64,000 bases of DNA from Calditrichaceae bacterium (GCA_050173015.1 JBFXLE010000012.1:1-64000); one strand, 5' to 3'. Shown: positions 9,501-20,516, counted from the first letter of the stretch. Notes: generated from the sequence alone by a model not told the origin. Numbers and translations are program-made.

Positions 9501-10377
9501 ACCGGAGATCTGTATTATGTTATTAAAATACGCTTTAGCTTTGGCAGTTGTTTTTGGAATGGTTGTGATTTCGGAAGCGCAGGAAAAACAAATCCGCTGG
9601 CAGAGAAGCGGGGTATTAACTGAACCTGATCTTCAATTATTTCATTCCACACAGTCGGTTAATCTGCCTACCGCGGAGACGCTGCAAAAAGGTGATTTTG
9701 AATTTGAAATCTCCCATAGATTTGTTCCGACAATCAATGAAGGACCGGACGCCTTTTATGGTCTGGATGGTCCTGTAAATATGCGGCTCGCCCTTGGCTA
9801 CGCGATCGACAACAGGATGGTTGTCACCCTGGGCAGGAGCAATGTTACGGATAATGTCGATCTGCATTACAAATACAAATTTCTTCAAATTCGAGACAAA
9901 AATTTACCGGTGTTGGTTGCCGGAAGAGTCGGAGCCGCCTGGAATACCGAGGTGGATGGGCGGGATAAGGGCGATGCGGATAATTTTCAGTATTATGGAC
10001 AGATCATAATCAATACTCTTATAAAAAAGCGGCTGGGAATCGGTTTGGTGCCGTCATATCTGTACAATAGCTATATTTATGGTGAAGATGTACAGGATAC
10101 ATTTACGCTGGGATTGAACGGCCAGTATTATGTGTCTTCCGTTTGGAGTGTGCTCGCGGAGTGGAATCCCACTGTGACAGGATGGCGCAGCAGCCACAAC
10201 CCTTTATCCTTCGGGATTGAACTGGAAACGGGCGGGCACTTCTTCAAGATCATTCTCACCAACAGTTATCTGCTGAACCCTTCACAGTTTTTAACGGGAG
10301 CGGATATAGATTTTAACGACACAGAATGGCGAATCGGATTTAATATAACCCGTCTGCTAAAATTCAGCAAAAATTAA
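9487..10377 (+). CDS. Outer-membrane beta-barrel protein (DUF5777-like)
   Basis: FEISHRF, FYGLD, IELETGGHFF, IGFNITR motifs. Confidence 0.75.
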   Translation: MIQTKPEICIMLLKYALALAVVFGMVVISEAQEKQIRWQRSGVLTEPDLQLFHSTQSVNLPTAETLQKGDFEFEISHRFVPTINEGPDAFYGLDGPVNMRLALGYAIDNRMVVTLGRSNVTDNVDLHYKYKFLQIRDKNLPVLVAGRVGAAWNTEVDGRDKGDADNFQYYGQIIINTLIKKRLGIGLVPSYLYNSYIYGEDVQDTFTLGLNGQYYVSSVWSVLAEWNPTVTGWRSSHNPLSFGIELETGGHFFKIILTNSYLLNPSQFLTGADIDFNDTEWRIGFNITRLLKFSKN

Positions 10378-10382
10378 TGCAG

Positions 10383-11552
10383 CTAATATCCGATTTTTAT
10401 GACTTCGGTCTGCGAGAGATCACGTTGGACAAGCGCTTCGATATCCAAAGCTTTTTCCGATTCGTGAACACTTCGGATATTTGCCCGGATAGCAGGATTT
10501 TTGGGCATAAGCCGCGCGCAGGCGTCATCATGCGGCAATGCGGAAATATCGAAAGTGCCAATTTCCCTGGCGACACGCATGATATCATCCTTATCCATCC
10601 CAATAAGCGGACGCAGTACCGGAAGAACAGCGACTTCTTCAACCGCTCTCATATTTTGAAGAGTCTGGGAAGCCACCTGACCAAGTGAATCACCGGTGAC
10701 TATAGCTGGAATATTGAGTTGATTGGCGAGCGTCTCGGCGACTCTAAGCATAAAACGACGATACATGACGACTCTTAGGTTTTCCGGGCAATTGAGGACG
10801 ATTTCCTGTTGAGTTTCCGCGAAGGGGACCATAAAAAGTCTGGAATGAAACTGAAATTTATTAAGAACGGACGCGAGATCTTTTACTTTTTCCTGAGAGA
10901 CTTTTTTTGTGTAAGGGTAAGAGTGAAAATGAATAAAATCACACCTTGCTCCTCTTTTCATGACATAATACGCGGCAACCGGCGAGTCGATTCCACCGGA
11001 AAGCATCACCAGTGTCTTACCGCTTGAATCCATGGGCAGCCCGCCGGCGCCTTTCTGGCGGTCCGTGTAAAGCAGCGCCTGATCGTCCAGCACTTCTACA
11101 CGACAGGTTACTTCGGCGTCATGAAGCCGTACCCGTTTTCCGTATTTCTCAACCACGGCCGCGCCGAGAATCTGGCTGATTTCCATCGAAAGAAGAGGGA
11201 AGTCTTTTTTGACCCGTTTTGTGCGAATAACAAAGGATTCGAAGTTTTTATTTTCAAACAGAGACAGACAGACTCTGGTCATTTCATTTATATCTAAGCT
11301 GCTGGTCTTTATAGGGGAGAAATGAACAAGTCCGACAACATTCTTTAATGCTGATGTTACAGTAGGGTCATCCATATCATTATCAAAAGTAATTACAATT
11401 CGCTTACTCAGATGCTCAATTTTAAAGGTCGGTTTATCAAGTGCAGATTTTAGTGTTTTACGCAAATTGGTAATCAATAATTTTTCAAAATAGGATCGGT
11501 TTCTCCCCTTCAATCCAATTTCACCATAATGACATATATATATTCGGCTCAT
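10383..11552 (-). CDS. thiI: tRNA 4-thiouridine synthase ThiI (no rhodanese domain)
   Basis: HYGEIGLKGRNR, THUMP domain, MLSGGIDSPVA PP-loop, TGDSLGQVASQT. Confidence 0.93.
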   Translation of the reverse strand: MSRIYICHYGEIGLKGRNRSYFEKLLITNLRKTLKSALDKPTFKIEHLSKRIVITFDNDMDDPTVTSALKNVVGLVHFSPIKTSSLDINEMTRVCLSLFENKNFESFVIRTKRVKKDFPLLSMEISQILGAAVVEKYGKRVRLHDAEVTCRVEVLDDQALLYTDRQKGAGGLPMDSSGKTLVMLSGGIDSPVAAYYVMKRGARCDFIHFHSYPYTKKVSQEKVKDLASVLNKFQFHSRLFMVPFAETQQEIVLNCPENLRVVMYRRFMLRVAETLANQLNIPAIVTGDSLGQVASQTLQNMRAVEEVAVLPVLRPLIGMDKDDIMRVAREIGTFDISALPHDDACARLMPKNPAIRANIRSVHESEKALDIEALVQRDLSQTEVIKIGY

Positions 11553-12694
11553 GATATTTTTCTTACCTTTTCCACGATTTTTGGTAAAATTTCTATTAAA
11601 TAATCAACTTCACTTTCTTTTGTAAATCTTCCCATGCTGATCCTTATTGTACCTTTTGCCCAATTTTCCGGAATTTTGCAGGCGGAAAGGACATGTGAGC
11701 GGTTAATCTGCCCGGATGAACAGGAAGATCCGGTAGAAACAGCAATCCCGTCACGATCGAGTTGCATGGCAATCAGTTCGCCGTCAGTGTTTTTAAAAGA
11801 AATGTTCAGTATATGATTAGCACTACAGTCCGGAGAGCTGTTAATGAGAACCTCCGGTATATTATTTTGGGCGCTTTCGATGATTTTGTTTTTTAATTTG
11901 CCCAATAAGTTGTTTTCTTTTGTCCTTTCTTCAATCATCAGTTCCGACGCTTTTGTAAATCCCGCGATGGCCGCGACATTGACGGTGGAAGATCGCAGTC
12001 CGTTTTCCTGCATTCCGCCGTGCAGCAGTGGTTCCATTTTTGCGCCGGAGCGGATATAAAGCAAGCCGGCGCCGCCCGGACCGTAAATTTTATGTGAAGA
12101 GGCGCTTAACAGATCAATATGAAAATCATTTACGTTGATGTGGATTTTACCAAAGCCCTGTACCGCGTCGGTGTGGAATAAAACACCGGCTTTTTGACAG
12201 ATTTCGCCGATTTTTTCCACCGGTTCCAGGGTGCCGGTCTCATTATTTACAAGCATCACCGAAACCAGAATCGTATCTGAGCGAATCGCGCTCCGAATAT
12301 CATCCGGATTGACACACCCTGTTTTGTCCACCGGAATAGTAGTAATCTCATATCCCGATTTTTCAAGATACTTGCAGGTTTGAAGGACGGATGGATGCTC
12401 AATCGCGGAGATAAGGAGATGTCTCCCTCTGGATTGGGCAGCATTCGCGATTCCCTTAATAATCGTATTATTGCTTTCTGTGGCTGAACCGGTAAATATG
12501 ATTTCACTTTCTTTGGCGCCGAGCATTTCAGAGAAAATATTTCTGGATTCTTCCAGCGTGTCGCTCATCATTCGCGCGAAATGATGTGTACCTGTTGAAT
12601 TTCCCCATTTTTCCGTAAGATAGGGCATCATATATTCAACTACACGGGCATCGACAGGCGTAGTGGCCGCGTAATCAAGATAGATTTTTTTCAT
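11549..12694 (-). CDS. iscS: Cysteine desulfurase (IscS/NifS class I)
   Basis: YLDYAATTP, FHTDAVQ, SSHKIYGP (PLP Lys), STGSSCSS (catalytic Cys); overlaps the thiI start. Confidence 0.9.
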   Translation of the reverse strand: MKKIYLDYAATTPVDARVVEYMMPYLTEKWGNSTGTHHFARMMSDTLEESRNIFSEMLGAKESEIIFTGSATESNNTIIKGIANAAQSRGRHLLISAIEHPSVLQTCKYLEKSGYEITTIPVDKTGCVNPDDIRSAIRSDTILVSVMLVNNETGTLEPVEKIGEICQKAGVLFHTDAVQGFGKIHINVNDFHIDLLSASSHKIYGPGGAGLLYIRSGAKMEPLLHGGMQENGLRSSTVNVAAIAGFTKASELMIEERTKENNLLGKLKNKIIESAQNNIPEVLINSSPDCSANHILNISFKNTDGELIAMQLDRDGIAVSTGSSCSSGQINRSHVLSACKIPENWAKGTIRISMGRFTKESEVDYLIEILPKIVEKVRKIS

Positions 12695-12989
12695 GGCTAA
12701 AGGTAACTTATTTAATGGACATAATCAAAAGGGCAAAGTTTACAAAAATAACAGGCGGATATCCAAATAATTTCAGTATGAGATTTGAAGAATCGCAAAA
12801 TGACTAATTTGTAAAAGTACTTATAAGATGAAAATTGATTTAGGTTTAACGGAGATGATTAAAAGGTGTCGGCCAGGGTATCCCATCACCAAGAATGATT
12901 GGATGAACAAAAAGGATAAATTCTTCAATCAGATCAACATTCAGTAAGCGGGAGATTATCTCAGATCCGCCAAATTTCGTTAACTTTTT

Positions 12990-13904
12990 TTAAATACGCT
13001 CTGGTTCAATATGGATTGATACAAATGTATCTTCGCCATATTCTTCTTTTAGTCTTTGCTCGGCAAGCGTGGAAATATGATGCGCGTCGACGATATTTAA
13101 CGCGGGATCGACTTTAATATGCAAATCGATGGCAATATTATTACCGATTTTTCGGGTCTTCAGATTGTGCGGATTTATCGCTCCGGGCACGCTTTTTATA
13201 ATTTCAATAATCTCGGTGTTTGCGTCTTCGGAAAGTGAAGCCTCTGCCAGCTCATTTGCACTTTTCTTTAAAATAAGGATTGCTACTCTAAGAATTAGAA
13301 AACTTACTAAAACTGCCGCCAGCGGATCCAGGATACGCCATGAATCACCTAAAATAATGGCGCCACCGATACCGAGCGCGGCGGCGATGGAAGAAAAAGC
13401 ATCCGAACGGTGATGCCAGGCGTTTGCGATGATGGCGTCGCTTTGAATCTGTTTGCCGATCCTAAAGGTGTATTGATAAAGAAACTCTTTGACCAGGACA
13501 GAAACAACCGCGGCAATAAACGCAATCCAGCCGGGCCGCCTTAAAATCTCACCGTTAAGAGTGTCATAGATTTTACCGGCTCCGCTCCAAAAAATACCGA
13601 CAGCAGCGATTATAATCATGATGCTTATAAGTATGGTTGATAACGTTTCAAATTTACCGTGACCATAATTATGAGTTTTGTCTTTGGGTTTTTGAACGAT
13701 CTGAAAGCTGATAATGACAATAAAATCAGTGACCAGATCTGAGAGTGAATGGATCGCGTCGGCTATCATAGCCGCGCTGTGTCCTATGATGCCGGCGAAT
13801 AGTTTAAATACAACCAAAACGATTTCAAAAATGATACCAATCCATGTAGCTTTTTTAGCTTTCTGTGACCGCGCGGCTGTCTCTGTGTTCTGATGGCTTA
13901 TCAT
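12990..13904 (-). CDS. Cation diffusion facilitator transporter (FieF/CzcD-like)
   Basis: ADAIHSLSD, HNYGHGKFE, AWHHRSD, IHIEP. Confidence 0.9.
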   Translation of the reverse strand: MISHQNTETAARSQKAKKATWIGIIFEIVLVVFKLFAGIIGHSAAMIADAIHSLSDLVTDFIVIISFQIVQKPKDKTHNYGHGKFETLSTILISIMIIIAAVGIFWSGAGKIYDTLNGEILRRPGWIAFIAAVVSVLVKEFLYQYTFRIGKQIQSDAIIANAWHHRSDAFSSIAAALGIGGAIILGDSWRILDPLAAVLVSFLILRVAILILKKSANELAEASLSEDANTEIIEIIKSVPGAINPHNLKTRKIGNNIAIDLHIKVDPALNIVDAHHISTLAEQRLKEEYGEDTFVSIHIEPERI

Positions 13905-13935
13905 TTTAAAAACTTAATCCTGTTTTTTCTAATAA

Positions 13936-14520
13936 TTAACGTGTGCTGTTTGTGAAGTCGCTTTCCTTAAATATGACTGCTGAAAAGCGGTATATTTCTG
14001 TCTTCGAATCCTTCCAGGCGCTTTGATCGATATTTGCTTTGAGACATGTTTGGTTGAGAAGCATTTCTCGGTTCCAATTATATTCGGTAGCAACCTGCGG
14101 CAAGAGAAGCCCTTCATAAGGTGATTGTCTGATCAATAATCCGTCTCGTCCTATTTCAATTTCAGTCAGGTTTTTAACCCGGGTCATCGGGCTTAGAACA
14201 GATATCTCTATCTCGATGTCAGATAATTCTGATTCCGACAGGGGAGTGAACCGGGGATCTTGAAAAGCGGCGGAAACAGCCATTTTCCGAACAGCTTCCA
14301 CTAATGCCATATATCCTTTTATATAACCGATGCATCCTCTCAATTCTTCGCGAATCTTTAGTGTTACAAAAACACCGGTTTTTATATTAAGCCCGTCAGA
14401 ATAATGGGCCTCATGATCTGACTCCCGGCCCTTAAATTCGGATGAAATCACCTGCCTTGCCGTATTCAGCAGATATTTTTTTTCCTCATTCGATAAACTA
14501 AATGTATATGGTTTTTTCAT
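13936..14520 (-). CDS. amrA: AMMECR1 domain protein (AmmeMemoRadiSam protein A)
   Basis: GVFVTL...LRGCIG, AAFQDPRF, EISVLSP, GLLLPQV. Confidence 0.9.
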   Translation of the reverse strand: MKKPYTFSLSNEEKKYLLNTARQVISSEFKGRESDHEAHYSDGLNIKTGVFVTLKIREELRGCIGYIKGYMALVEAVRKMAVSAAFQDPRFTPLSESELSDIEIEISVLSPMTRVKNLTEIEIGRDGLLIRQSPYEGLLLPQVATEYNWNREMLLNQTCLKANIDQSAWKDSKTEIYRFSAVIFKESDFTNSTR

Positions 14521-14743
14521 TAAGGACTCCTGTTACCGGGAAATATAAGGAAAAAAAACAAGTGCGACAATTATTGACCGAAAACGTACCATAATATGCA
14601 TATAACATGTTTCTCCGGAAAATCACTTTGTCCGTCCGGTTAAATTACAAGATTTTTTCATTATCAGTCATAAAATTTGTAAACTTCAGTTACCTGAATT
14701 AAATGAATGGACGCAATATACTTTATTAGAATCGGACAAATAT

Positions 14744-16195
14744 ATGCAGATAGATAATTATTTAAAAAAATATTTTGGATTTGGTGAATTCCGGGGACAG
14801 CAGAAAACAATTATTGAACATCTTCTCAACCAAAAACATGCTCTGGTGATCATGCCTACCGGGTCAGGGAAATCAATACTTTATCAGTTGCCCGCTCTCA
14901 TGCTGCCCGGTTTAACGGTTGTGATTTCTCCGTTAATCGCTCTAATGAAAGATCAGGTTGACGGCCTGAAAAAGAAAAATATCGATGCCGCGTTTATAAA
15001 TTCATCATTAGGTAAGAAGGAGCGGGAGGAAAGGTACCGAAATATCGAAAAAGGGCTATATAAAATGATTTATGTGACCCCGGAAAGATTCAGAAAATCA
15101 GAATTTCTGGATGTGCTTTCCAGGAGGGAGATTAGTCTTCTGGCGGTCGATGAAGCCCACTGTATAAGTGAATGGGGACATGATTTCAGGCCGGACTACA
15201 CCCGCATCAGGGAATTTAGGGAACTTATGCATGATCCACTGACCATCGCCCTGACCGCTACGGCCACACCCGCGGTGCAGTCTGATATTATTAAACAATT
15301 GGGGCTTCAGAAGAAAGATATAACCTTGTTTCATGAGGGGATTGACCGTCCGAATCTATTCCTGGATTACAGGGAATTGTGGGGCGAAGATGAAAAATTA
15401 AAAGAGATTTTGGAGATTGTGGAAAACAATCCGGGCAGCGGAATAGTCTATTTTGTATTAATCAAAGACTTAATGCGAATGAGTGAGCTGCTGCATACTA
15501 AAAAACGGCCACATCTGGTTTATCATGGCGATTTGCCGGCGCCGGAAAGAAAGAGAATACAAAACGAATTTATGAGAAGAGATAACAATCTGATTCTTGC
15601 AACCAATGCCTTTGGAATGGGTATCGATAAAGAATCGATTCGATATGTGGTCCATGCGCAAATTCCCGGTTCATTGGAAGCGTATTATCAGGAAATTGGA
15701 AGAGCAGGGAGAGACGGTAAAAAATCGGTCTGCACGATGCTCTACGATGAGCAGGATCTTAATATCCAATTAGAATTTATGCGCTGGAACAATCCGACAG
15801 CCGAATTTTATGACCGCATATATCATTTGCTGGTTTCAGATATCGAGCGTGTGAATGGAGAAGGGATTGATTATCTAAAAGAACAGATGACCTATAAAAA
15901 CCGGCGGGATTATCGCTCGGAAACCGCTCTCGCGATTTTAGAGCGTTATGGTGTGATTGAAGGCAGTATTGATCAAAAAAATATAACAGTTGTTTCTGAT
16001 CTGCCTGAGGCTCTCAGTGAGCAGGAATTGCTTGATAATAAATTAAAAAATGAACAGGATAAATTATATAGGATGATGCTCTATACTAAGTTAAGTACCT
16101 GCCGTAAAGCCTATATTCATGAGTATTTCGGCCTGGAACATCCGGATGAATGTATGACCTGTGACAATGATTTAAAAATGACTAAGACCGATTAA
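14744..16195 (+). CDS. recQ: RecQ-family ATP-dependent DNA helicase (short form, no HRDC)
   Basis: MPTGSGKS, VDEAHCISEWGHDFRPDY, YYQEIGRAGRDG, C-terminal CR...C..CD Zn site. Confidence 0.9.
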   Translation: MQIDNYLKKYFGFGEFRGQQKTIIEHLLNQKHALVIMPTGSGKSILYQLPALMLPGLTVVISPLIALMKDQVDGLKKKNIDAAFINSSLGKKEREERYRNIEKGLYKMIYVTPERFRKSEFLDVLSRREISLLAVDEAHCISEWGHDFRPDYTRIREFRELMHDPLTIALTATATPAVQSDIIKQLGLQKKDITLFHEGIDRPNLFLDYRELWGEDEKLKEILEIVENNPGSGIVYFVLIKDLMRMSELLHTKKRPHLVYHGDLPAPERKRIQNEFMRRDNNLILATNAFGMGIDKESIRYVVHAQIPGSLEAYYQEIGRAGRDGKKSVCTMLYDEQDLNIQLEFMRWNNPTAEFYDRIYHLLVSDIERVNGEGIDYLKEQMTYKNRRDYRSETALAILERYGVIEGSIDQKNITVVSDLPEALSEQELLDNKLKNEQDKLYRMMLYTKLSTCRKAYIHEYFGLEHPDECMTCDNDLKMTKTD

Positions 16196-17051
16196 CAAAA
16201 AATACTGAAATTATGATAAGCCCCGCCCCCGTAATCGCAAGAGGATCAGGGAACTGATCCCAGATCAAAAGCCCCCATCCTATAGAAAAAAGGACGTTCA
16301 TATATCCGACATTGGTCGCTCTGGCGGCTGTTTCACGGTGAAGGCCCCGGGTCATAAATACCTGGGCTATCTGTGTGGCTATTCCGACGCCGAGCAGCGC
16401 AAGCCACTCAGGGATGGTCGGCCAGACAAAAGAATAAGTTGTCTCCGGTAATGAGGCAAGTGTCGCCAATCCTGAAAAATAAAGGATGATGGTGAATTCG
16501 TGATCAGATTTTCCGAGAATCCTCACTGTTACATAAGCGATTGAAGTACATACCGCGCCGCTTAAGCCGATTATAGTCGCGTATGGGTCAAGGGAAAATG
16601 TAGGCTTGATAATTAGTATAATTCCCAAAAAGCCCGCGAGATAGAGTCCCCATTGTTTATTTGTGTTTACCTCCTTCAGGATAAACGGGGCGATTAGCGC
16701 GGTAATCAACGGATTTGTATATAGCAAAAGCGTTGAATCGGCGATAGGCAAAACCGTTAAAGTGTAAAAGAAAGCCGATAGGCCGAAAAATCCAAAAATG
16801 GCCCTTAAAATCAGCAAACCACGCCGCTTGCCGGTAATTGAAATATTCCCTTTTTTGATGAGAAAGAATGTCATCAGGAAGGCCAAAAAAGACCGGACAA
16901 ACACGATTTCCTGGGAAGGCAGTCTGGAGCCGGCCAATTTGACAAAAACCGCCATTACGCTGTAAAAAAACGCCGCGGCGATCATAAACCGGATCCCGGG
17001 CGTGAAGGCTAAGTGCTTCCGCAGATTATCTGTGAGTTTAATTTTACGCAT
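16182..17051 (-). CDS. DMT/EamA family transporter
   Basis: About 10 TM segments with duplicated EamA pattern. Confidence 0.85.
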   Translation of the reverse strand: MRKIKLTDNLRKHLAFTPGIRFMIAAAFFYSVMAVFVKLAGSRLPSQEIVFVRSFLAFLMTFFLIKKGNISITGKRRGLLILRAIFGFFGLSAFFYTLTVLPIADSTLLLYTNPLITALIAPFILKEVNTNKQWGLYLAGFLGIILIIKPTFSLDPYATIIGLSGAVCTSIAYVTVRILGKSDHEFTIILYFSGLATLASLPETTYSFVWPTIPEWLALLGVGIATQIAQVFMTRGLHRETAARATNVGYMNVLFSIGWGLLIWDQFPDPLAITGAGLIIISVFFVNRS

Positions 17052-17189
17052 AAACTATGTTTTCTGTGAAAATCAAATCACAAATATACTCTCTTTTTTT
17101 TATCAAAACAGTAAAATAATATGAAATGATTATTTGTTGCCGGATGACGTTATGAATTGCAGCAGGATGACTTAGATAATGACTGTGTT

Positions 17190-18443
17190 TCAGGTCTTAA
17201 GGCTGAAATTTTTTACCGCCTTGTCCGCGATTATTTTACCAATACTGATAGATGCGGTTGCCGCCGGTGATGGGGCGTTAAGTACGTGTATCATTTGTTC
17301 GGCTTCAACGATACGGAAATCATCAACCAGGCTGCCGTCGGGTGTTAATGCCTGAGCCCGGACTCCGGCGCCGCCGGGAATAATATCTGATCCTGTTATT
17401 TCAGGGATGAGTTTTTGCAGCGCCTTCACAAAAGCATGCTTATTGAATGACCGGTAGAATTCACCAAGTCCGGTTTTCATATATCTGGCCGCGAGACGTA
17501 TAAATCCGGGGTAAGTGAAAGTATCAATAGAATCTTTTAAAGAGAAACTTGTCTTCTGGTACCCTTCCCGTTTGAAGGAGAGAACGGCATTGGGGCCGGC
17601 TTCAATGCCTCCGTGAATCATCCTTGTAAAGTGAACGCCCAGAAAAGGGAATGAAGGATCCGGAACGGGGTAAATCAGATTATTCACGAGCTTGTACTTT
17701 TCCGGTATCAACTTGTAGTACTCTCCGCGGAAAGGAACGATCATCAGGCCGGGGTCAATCCCGCAGATTTTTGCTATCCGGTCTGACTGTAATCCGCCGC
17801 AATTTATAAGATTTTTGGCCCGCACCTCGCCCTTTGAGGTTTGGATGATCAATTCACCGGAAGATCGGATAAGTCCCGTGAATTTTGTACGGGTGATAAT
17901 CTCATTTCCGGCATTTCGGATCACTTTCGCGAATGCCTCGCATACATCTTTATAATCAACAATTCCGGTTTCAGGGACAAGCAGACCGGCTATTCCCGCG
18001 ACATGGGGTTCATATTCTTTTAGTTCTTCGCGGGTTAATTTCCTTAGACCCATCAGGCCGTTGGCGAGACCTCGATTTTCCATATCCGTCAGAATGTCGA
18101 GTTCTTTTTCACTGGCGGCAACAACAACCTTGCCGCATTTTTCATGAGGAATTTCATGACGTTCGCAGAATTCATACATGGCCACCCGGCCGCTGACACA
18201 ATTTTTTGCCTTGAGTGAACCGGGTTTGTAATAAAGGCCCGAGTGAATGACACCGCTGTTATTGCCGGTCTGGTGACGGGCAATGTTTTGCTCGGCCTCG
18301 ATTACAATAATTCTCATATTGGGGATTTGGGATAATGCCATGGCCGAGGCAAGACCGACAATGCCGCCGCCAATGATCGCCACATCATATGTTCCGGTTG
18401 CGTCCAAACCCTTCTCCAGTTTCGTTTGAATATTATGCGACAC
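17190..18443 (-). CDS. lhgO: L-2-hydroxyglutarate oxidase
   Basis: IIGGGIVG FAD motif, HQTGNNSGVIHSGLYY, FPFLGVHFT, NAPSPAATAS. Confidence 0.9.
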   Translation of the reverse strand: MSHNIQTKLEKGLDATGTYDVAIIGGGIVGLASAMALSQIPNMRIIVIEAEQNIARHQTGNNSGVIHSGLYYKPGSLKAKNCVSGRVAMYEFCERHEIPHEKCGKVVVAASEKELDILTDMENRGLANGLMGLRKLTREELKEYEPHVAGIAGLLVPETGIVDYKDVCEAFAKVIRNAGNEIITRTKFTGLIRSSGELIIQTSKGEVRAKNLINCGGLQSDRIAKICGIDPGLMIVPFRGEYYKLIPEKYKLVNNLIYPVPDPSFPFLGVHFTRMIHGGIEAGPNAVLSFKREGYQKTSFSLKDSIDTFTYPGFIRLAARYMKTGLGEFYRSFNKHAFVKALQKLIPEITGSDIIPGGAGVRAQALTPDGSLVDDFRIVEAEQMIHVLNAPSPAATASISIGKIIADKAVKNFSLKT

Positions 18444-18465
18444 GGCGTTGCATAAGATGGAATAT

Positions 18466-19281
18466 TTAATTCTTGCTTATCAGTTTTTCGACATCCATAA
18501 GACAAACAGGTTCGATCGAATCTTCATCTTCGAATCGCAGATAGACAATGTCATTAAAAATATCGATCTTATCCACAAACGCTTTACCCCTTTTTGTCTT
18601 CACAATCGTTTCAAGGGGCGGGAATTTCTTAAGCGATGCTTCATAAAATCCCTTCTCAAATAACAGGCAGCATTTAAGTCTGCCGCAGACACCTGTAATT
18701 TTTGACGGATTTAGCGGGATATTTTGTTCCTTGGCATATTGAGTTGAGATCGGTTCAAAATCCTTTATAAATGAAGAACAACAGAGAGGTTTTCCGCATA
18801 CGCCAAGACCGCCTATCCGGCGGGCTTCATCCCGGACGCCGATCTGTCTCAGTTCAATCCTGGTGCGGTAATAGGCAGCGAGATCCTTCACCAGTTCTCG
18901 GAAATCAACCCGTTTGTCACTGGTAAAATAAAAAGTCAGCTTGTTATGATCATATTGATATTCCACATCAACAAGCTTCATGTTTAATCCGTGTTTTTTA
19001 ATTTTTTCACGGGCGACTACAAAACCCAGGGCTTCCTTTTTCCGGTTTTCAGCCATTTCTTTTAAGTCTTCCGGACCCGCTTTTCGGATCAGAACTTTTG
19101 GTTTACCCTTGATTTCGCTAAGAGTGACCAGTCGTCCAACCTTACTTATCGTTCCCATATCAATACCTTTATCCGCCTCAACGATGGCATAATCACCAGG
19201 TTTAAGCATTATTTCCTTGGGATTAAGGTAGGGGACACGTCTATTTCCTTTGAAAGATATTTCTACTAATTCCGGCGTCAT
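18466..19281 (-). CDS. ricT: PSP1 domain protein RicT/YaaT
   Basis: RVDFRELVKDLA, RIELRQIGVRDEA, CG..LCC, CGRLKCCL; follows holB as in many genomes. Confidence 0.88.
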   Translation of the reverse strand: MTPELVEISFKGNRRVPYLNPKEIMLKPGDYAIVEADKGIDMGTISKVGRLVTLSEIKGKPKVLIRKAGPEDLKEMAENRKKEALGFVVAREKIKKHGLNMKLVDVEYQYDHNKLTFYFTSDKRVDFRELVKDLAAYYRTRIELRQIGVRDEARRIGGLGVCGKPLCCSSFIKDFEPISTQYAKEQNIPLNPSKITGVCGRLKCCLLFEKGFYEASLKKFPPLETIVKTKRGKAFVDKIDIFNDIVYLRFEDEDSIEPVCLMDVEKLISKN

Positions 19282-20426
19282 ACCGTACTCTCCTTCATAC
19301 TAATCTTTGTTTGGATCAGATGATTCTTTATTCTGATTGCCAGGTTGAATAGAGTCAATGCCGGATGAGCATTACGTTCTATATCATTATATGCTTCTTC
19401 CGTTAAATCAATCATCAAATTAAAATCAGCATTTTGATAAATAGTTACAAATTTTTCTATCTTCTGAGTAAAATCGATATTTATAAAATCACTGTTTTCA
19501 TTGAGTATTGAATAATGCAGAGAATCTCTCAACCAGAGAATAAGCAAGCTTAATATTTCCAGAACAACATTCTTGTCCCGGCCCTTGACTATTTCATCAA
19601 CCGTATTTGATACCAGTAACATATTATTTGAGGCGATGGTCGCTAAAAACCGGTAAACCAATTCACGCTGGGAATCAGAATCCGAATGAATAAGTGAGAA
19701 GACCCTATTTATGTTGTTCTGAGCGATTCGGATCAGTGGAATTAAATCCATCTCGACTTTTTCGTATCGGTTGACAATCTTTACTATTTGGTCATCTGAA
19801 TATTTTGGGAAAAAAATCGGCTGACATCTGGACCGGATGGTCTCCAGTAAACTGTTTAGATCGTTGGTTGTGAGAATTATCAGCAGATTTTCAGGAGGCT
19901 CTTCCAACAGTTTCAGGAAGGAGTTGGAAGCTTCACGCTGCATATAATCAGCATCCGAAACAATAAATATTTTTTTAGACGCCTCATAGGGAGCGTATTT
20001 TGATTCGATCTTTAATTCACGGATAGCATCTATCGGTATATTTTTGTGGCCGGTGATTTCACTATCCCTGTATAGGTTTTTTCTTTTGTCTGCTGTAATT
20101 TTTGCAATCTGTTCATTGGTTTTCTCAGGGGTTTTCTGTTTTACCAGAGGAAATATGAACTTAATATCCGGGTGATTAAGGTGATTAATTTTGATACAGG
20201 ACGGACATTGGCCACAGGGTCGTGAGTCTTCGGAAGTACAGTTTAGCGCCCGGGCAAGCTCAAAGGCGAAAGCTTCCTTACCGGAACCATCCTCTCCATA
20301 AAATAAATAGGCGTGAGCAAGTCGGTTGCTGTTTATGCTGTTAATAAAAAAATTTTTTACTCTATCCTGAACGAATGAGTTCTCAAAATATTTCATCAAT
20401 ATATATAAATCCGGTGATTGCTTCAT
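19278..20426 (-). CDS. holB: DNA polymerase III delta' subunit
   Basis: RLAHAYLF.G..GSGK, C...CGQCPSC Zn, NSFLKLLEEPP, TIRSRCQ. Confidence 0.9.
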   Translation of the reverse strand: MKQSPDLYILMKYFENSFVQDRVKNFFINSINSNRLAHAYLFYGEDGSGKEAFAFELARALNCTSEDSRPCGQCPSCIKINHLNHPDIKFIFPLVKQKTPEKTNEQIAKITADKRKNLYRDSEITGHKNIPIDAIRELKIESKYAPYEASKKIFIVSDADYMQREASNSFLKLLEEPPENLLIILTTNDLNSLLETIRSRCQPIFFPKYSDDQIVKIVNRYEKVEMDLIPLIRIAQNNINRVFSLIHSDSDSQRELVYRFLATIASNNMLLVSNTVDEIVKGRDKNVVLEILSLLILWLRDSLHYSILNENSDFINIDFTQKIEKFVTIYQNADFNLMIDLTEEAYNDIERNAHPALTLFNLAIRIKNHLIQTKISMKESTV

Positions 20427-20516
20427 TATACTATGATAAAATATACATAAAATTCACGGGTTAAAAAAGCTGAATTGTTTGAAAATTAAATAATAGCAAA
20501 TATTGTCGGTTGAAAC

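Noticed and set aside
12695-12989. Possible ncRNA or riboswitch upstream of the cysteine desulfurase
   Set aside because: No recognisable aptamer (TPP, SAM, T-box) motif by eye; an Infernal/Rfam scan would be needed.
13936-14520. Complete AmmeMemoRadiSam system
   Set aside because: Only protein A is here; no Memo-like gene, and the two radical SAMs about 40 kb away are a different SPASM type.
14521-14743. SOS box upstream of recQ
   Set aside because: Only a single GTAC is present, with no TGTAC-N4-GTACA palindrome.
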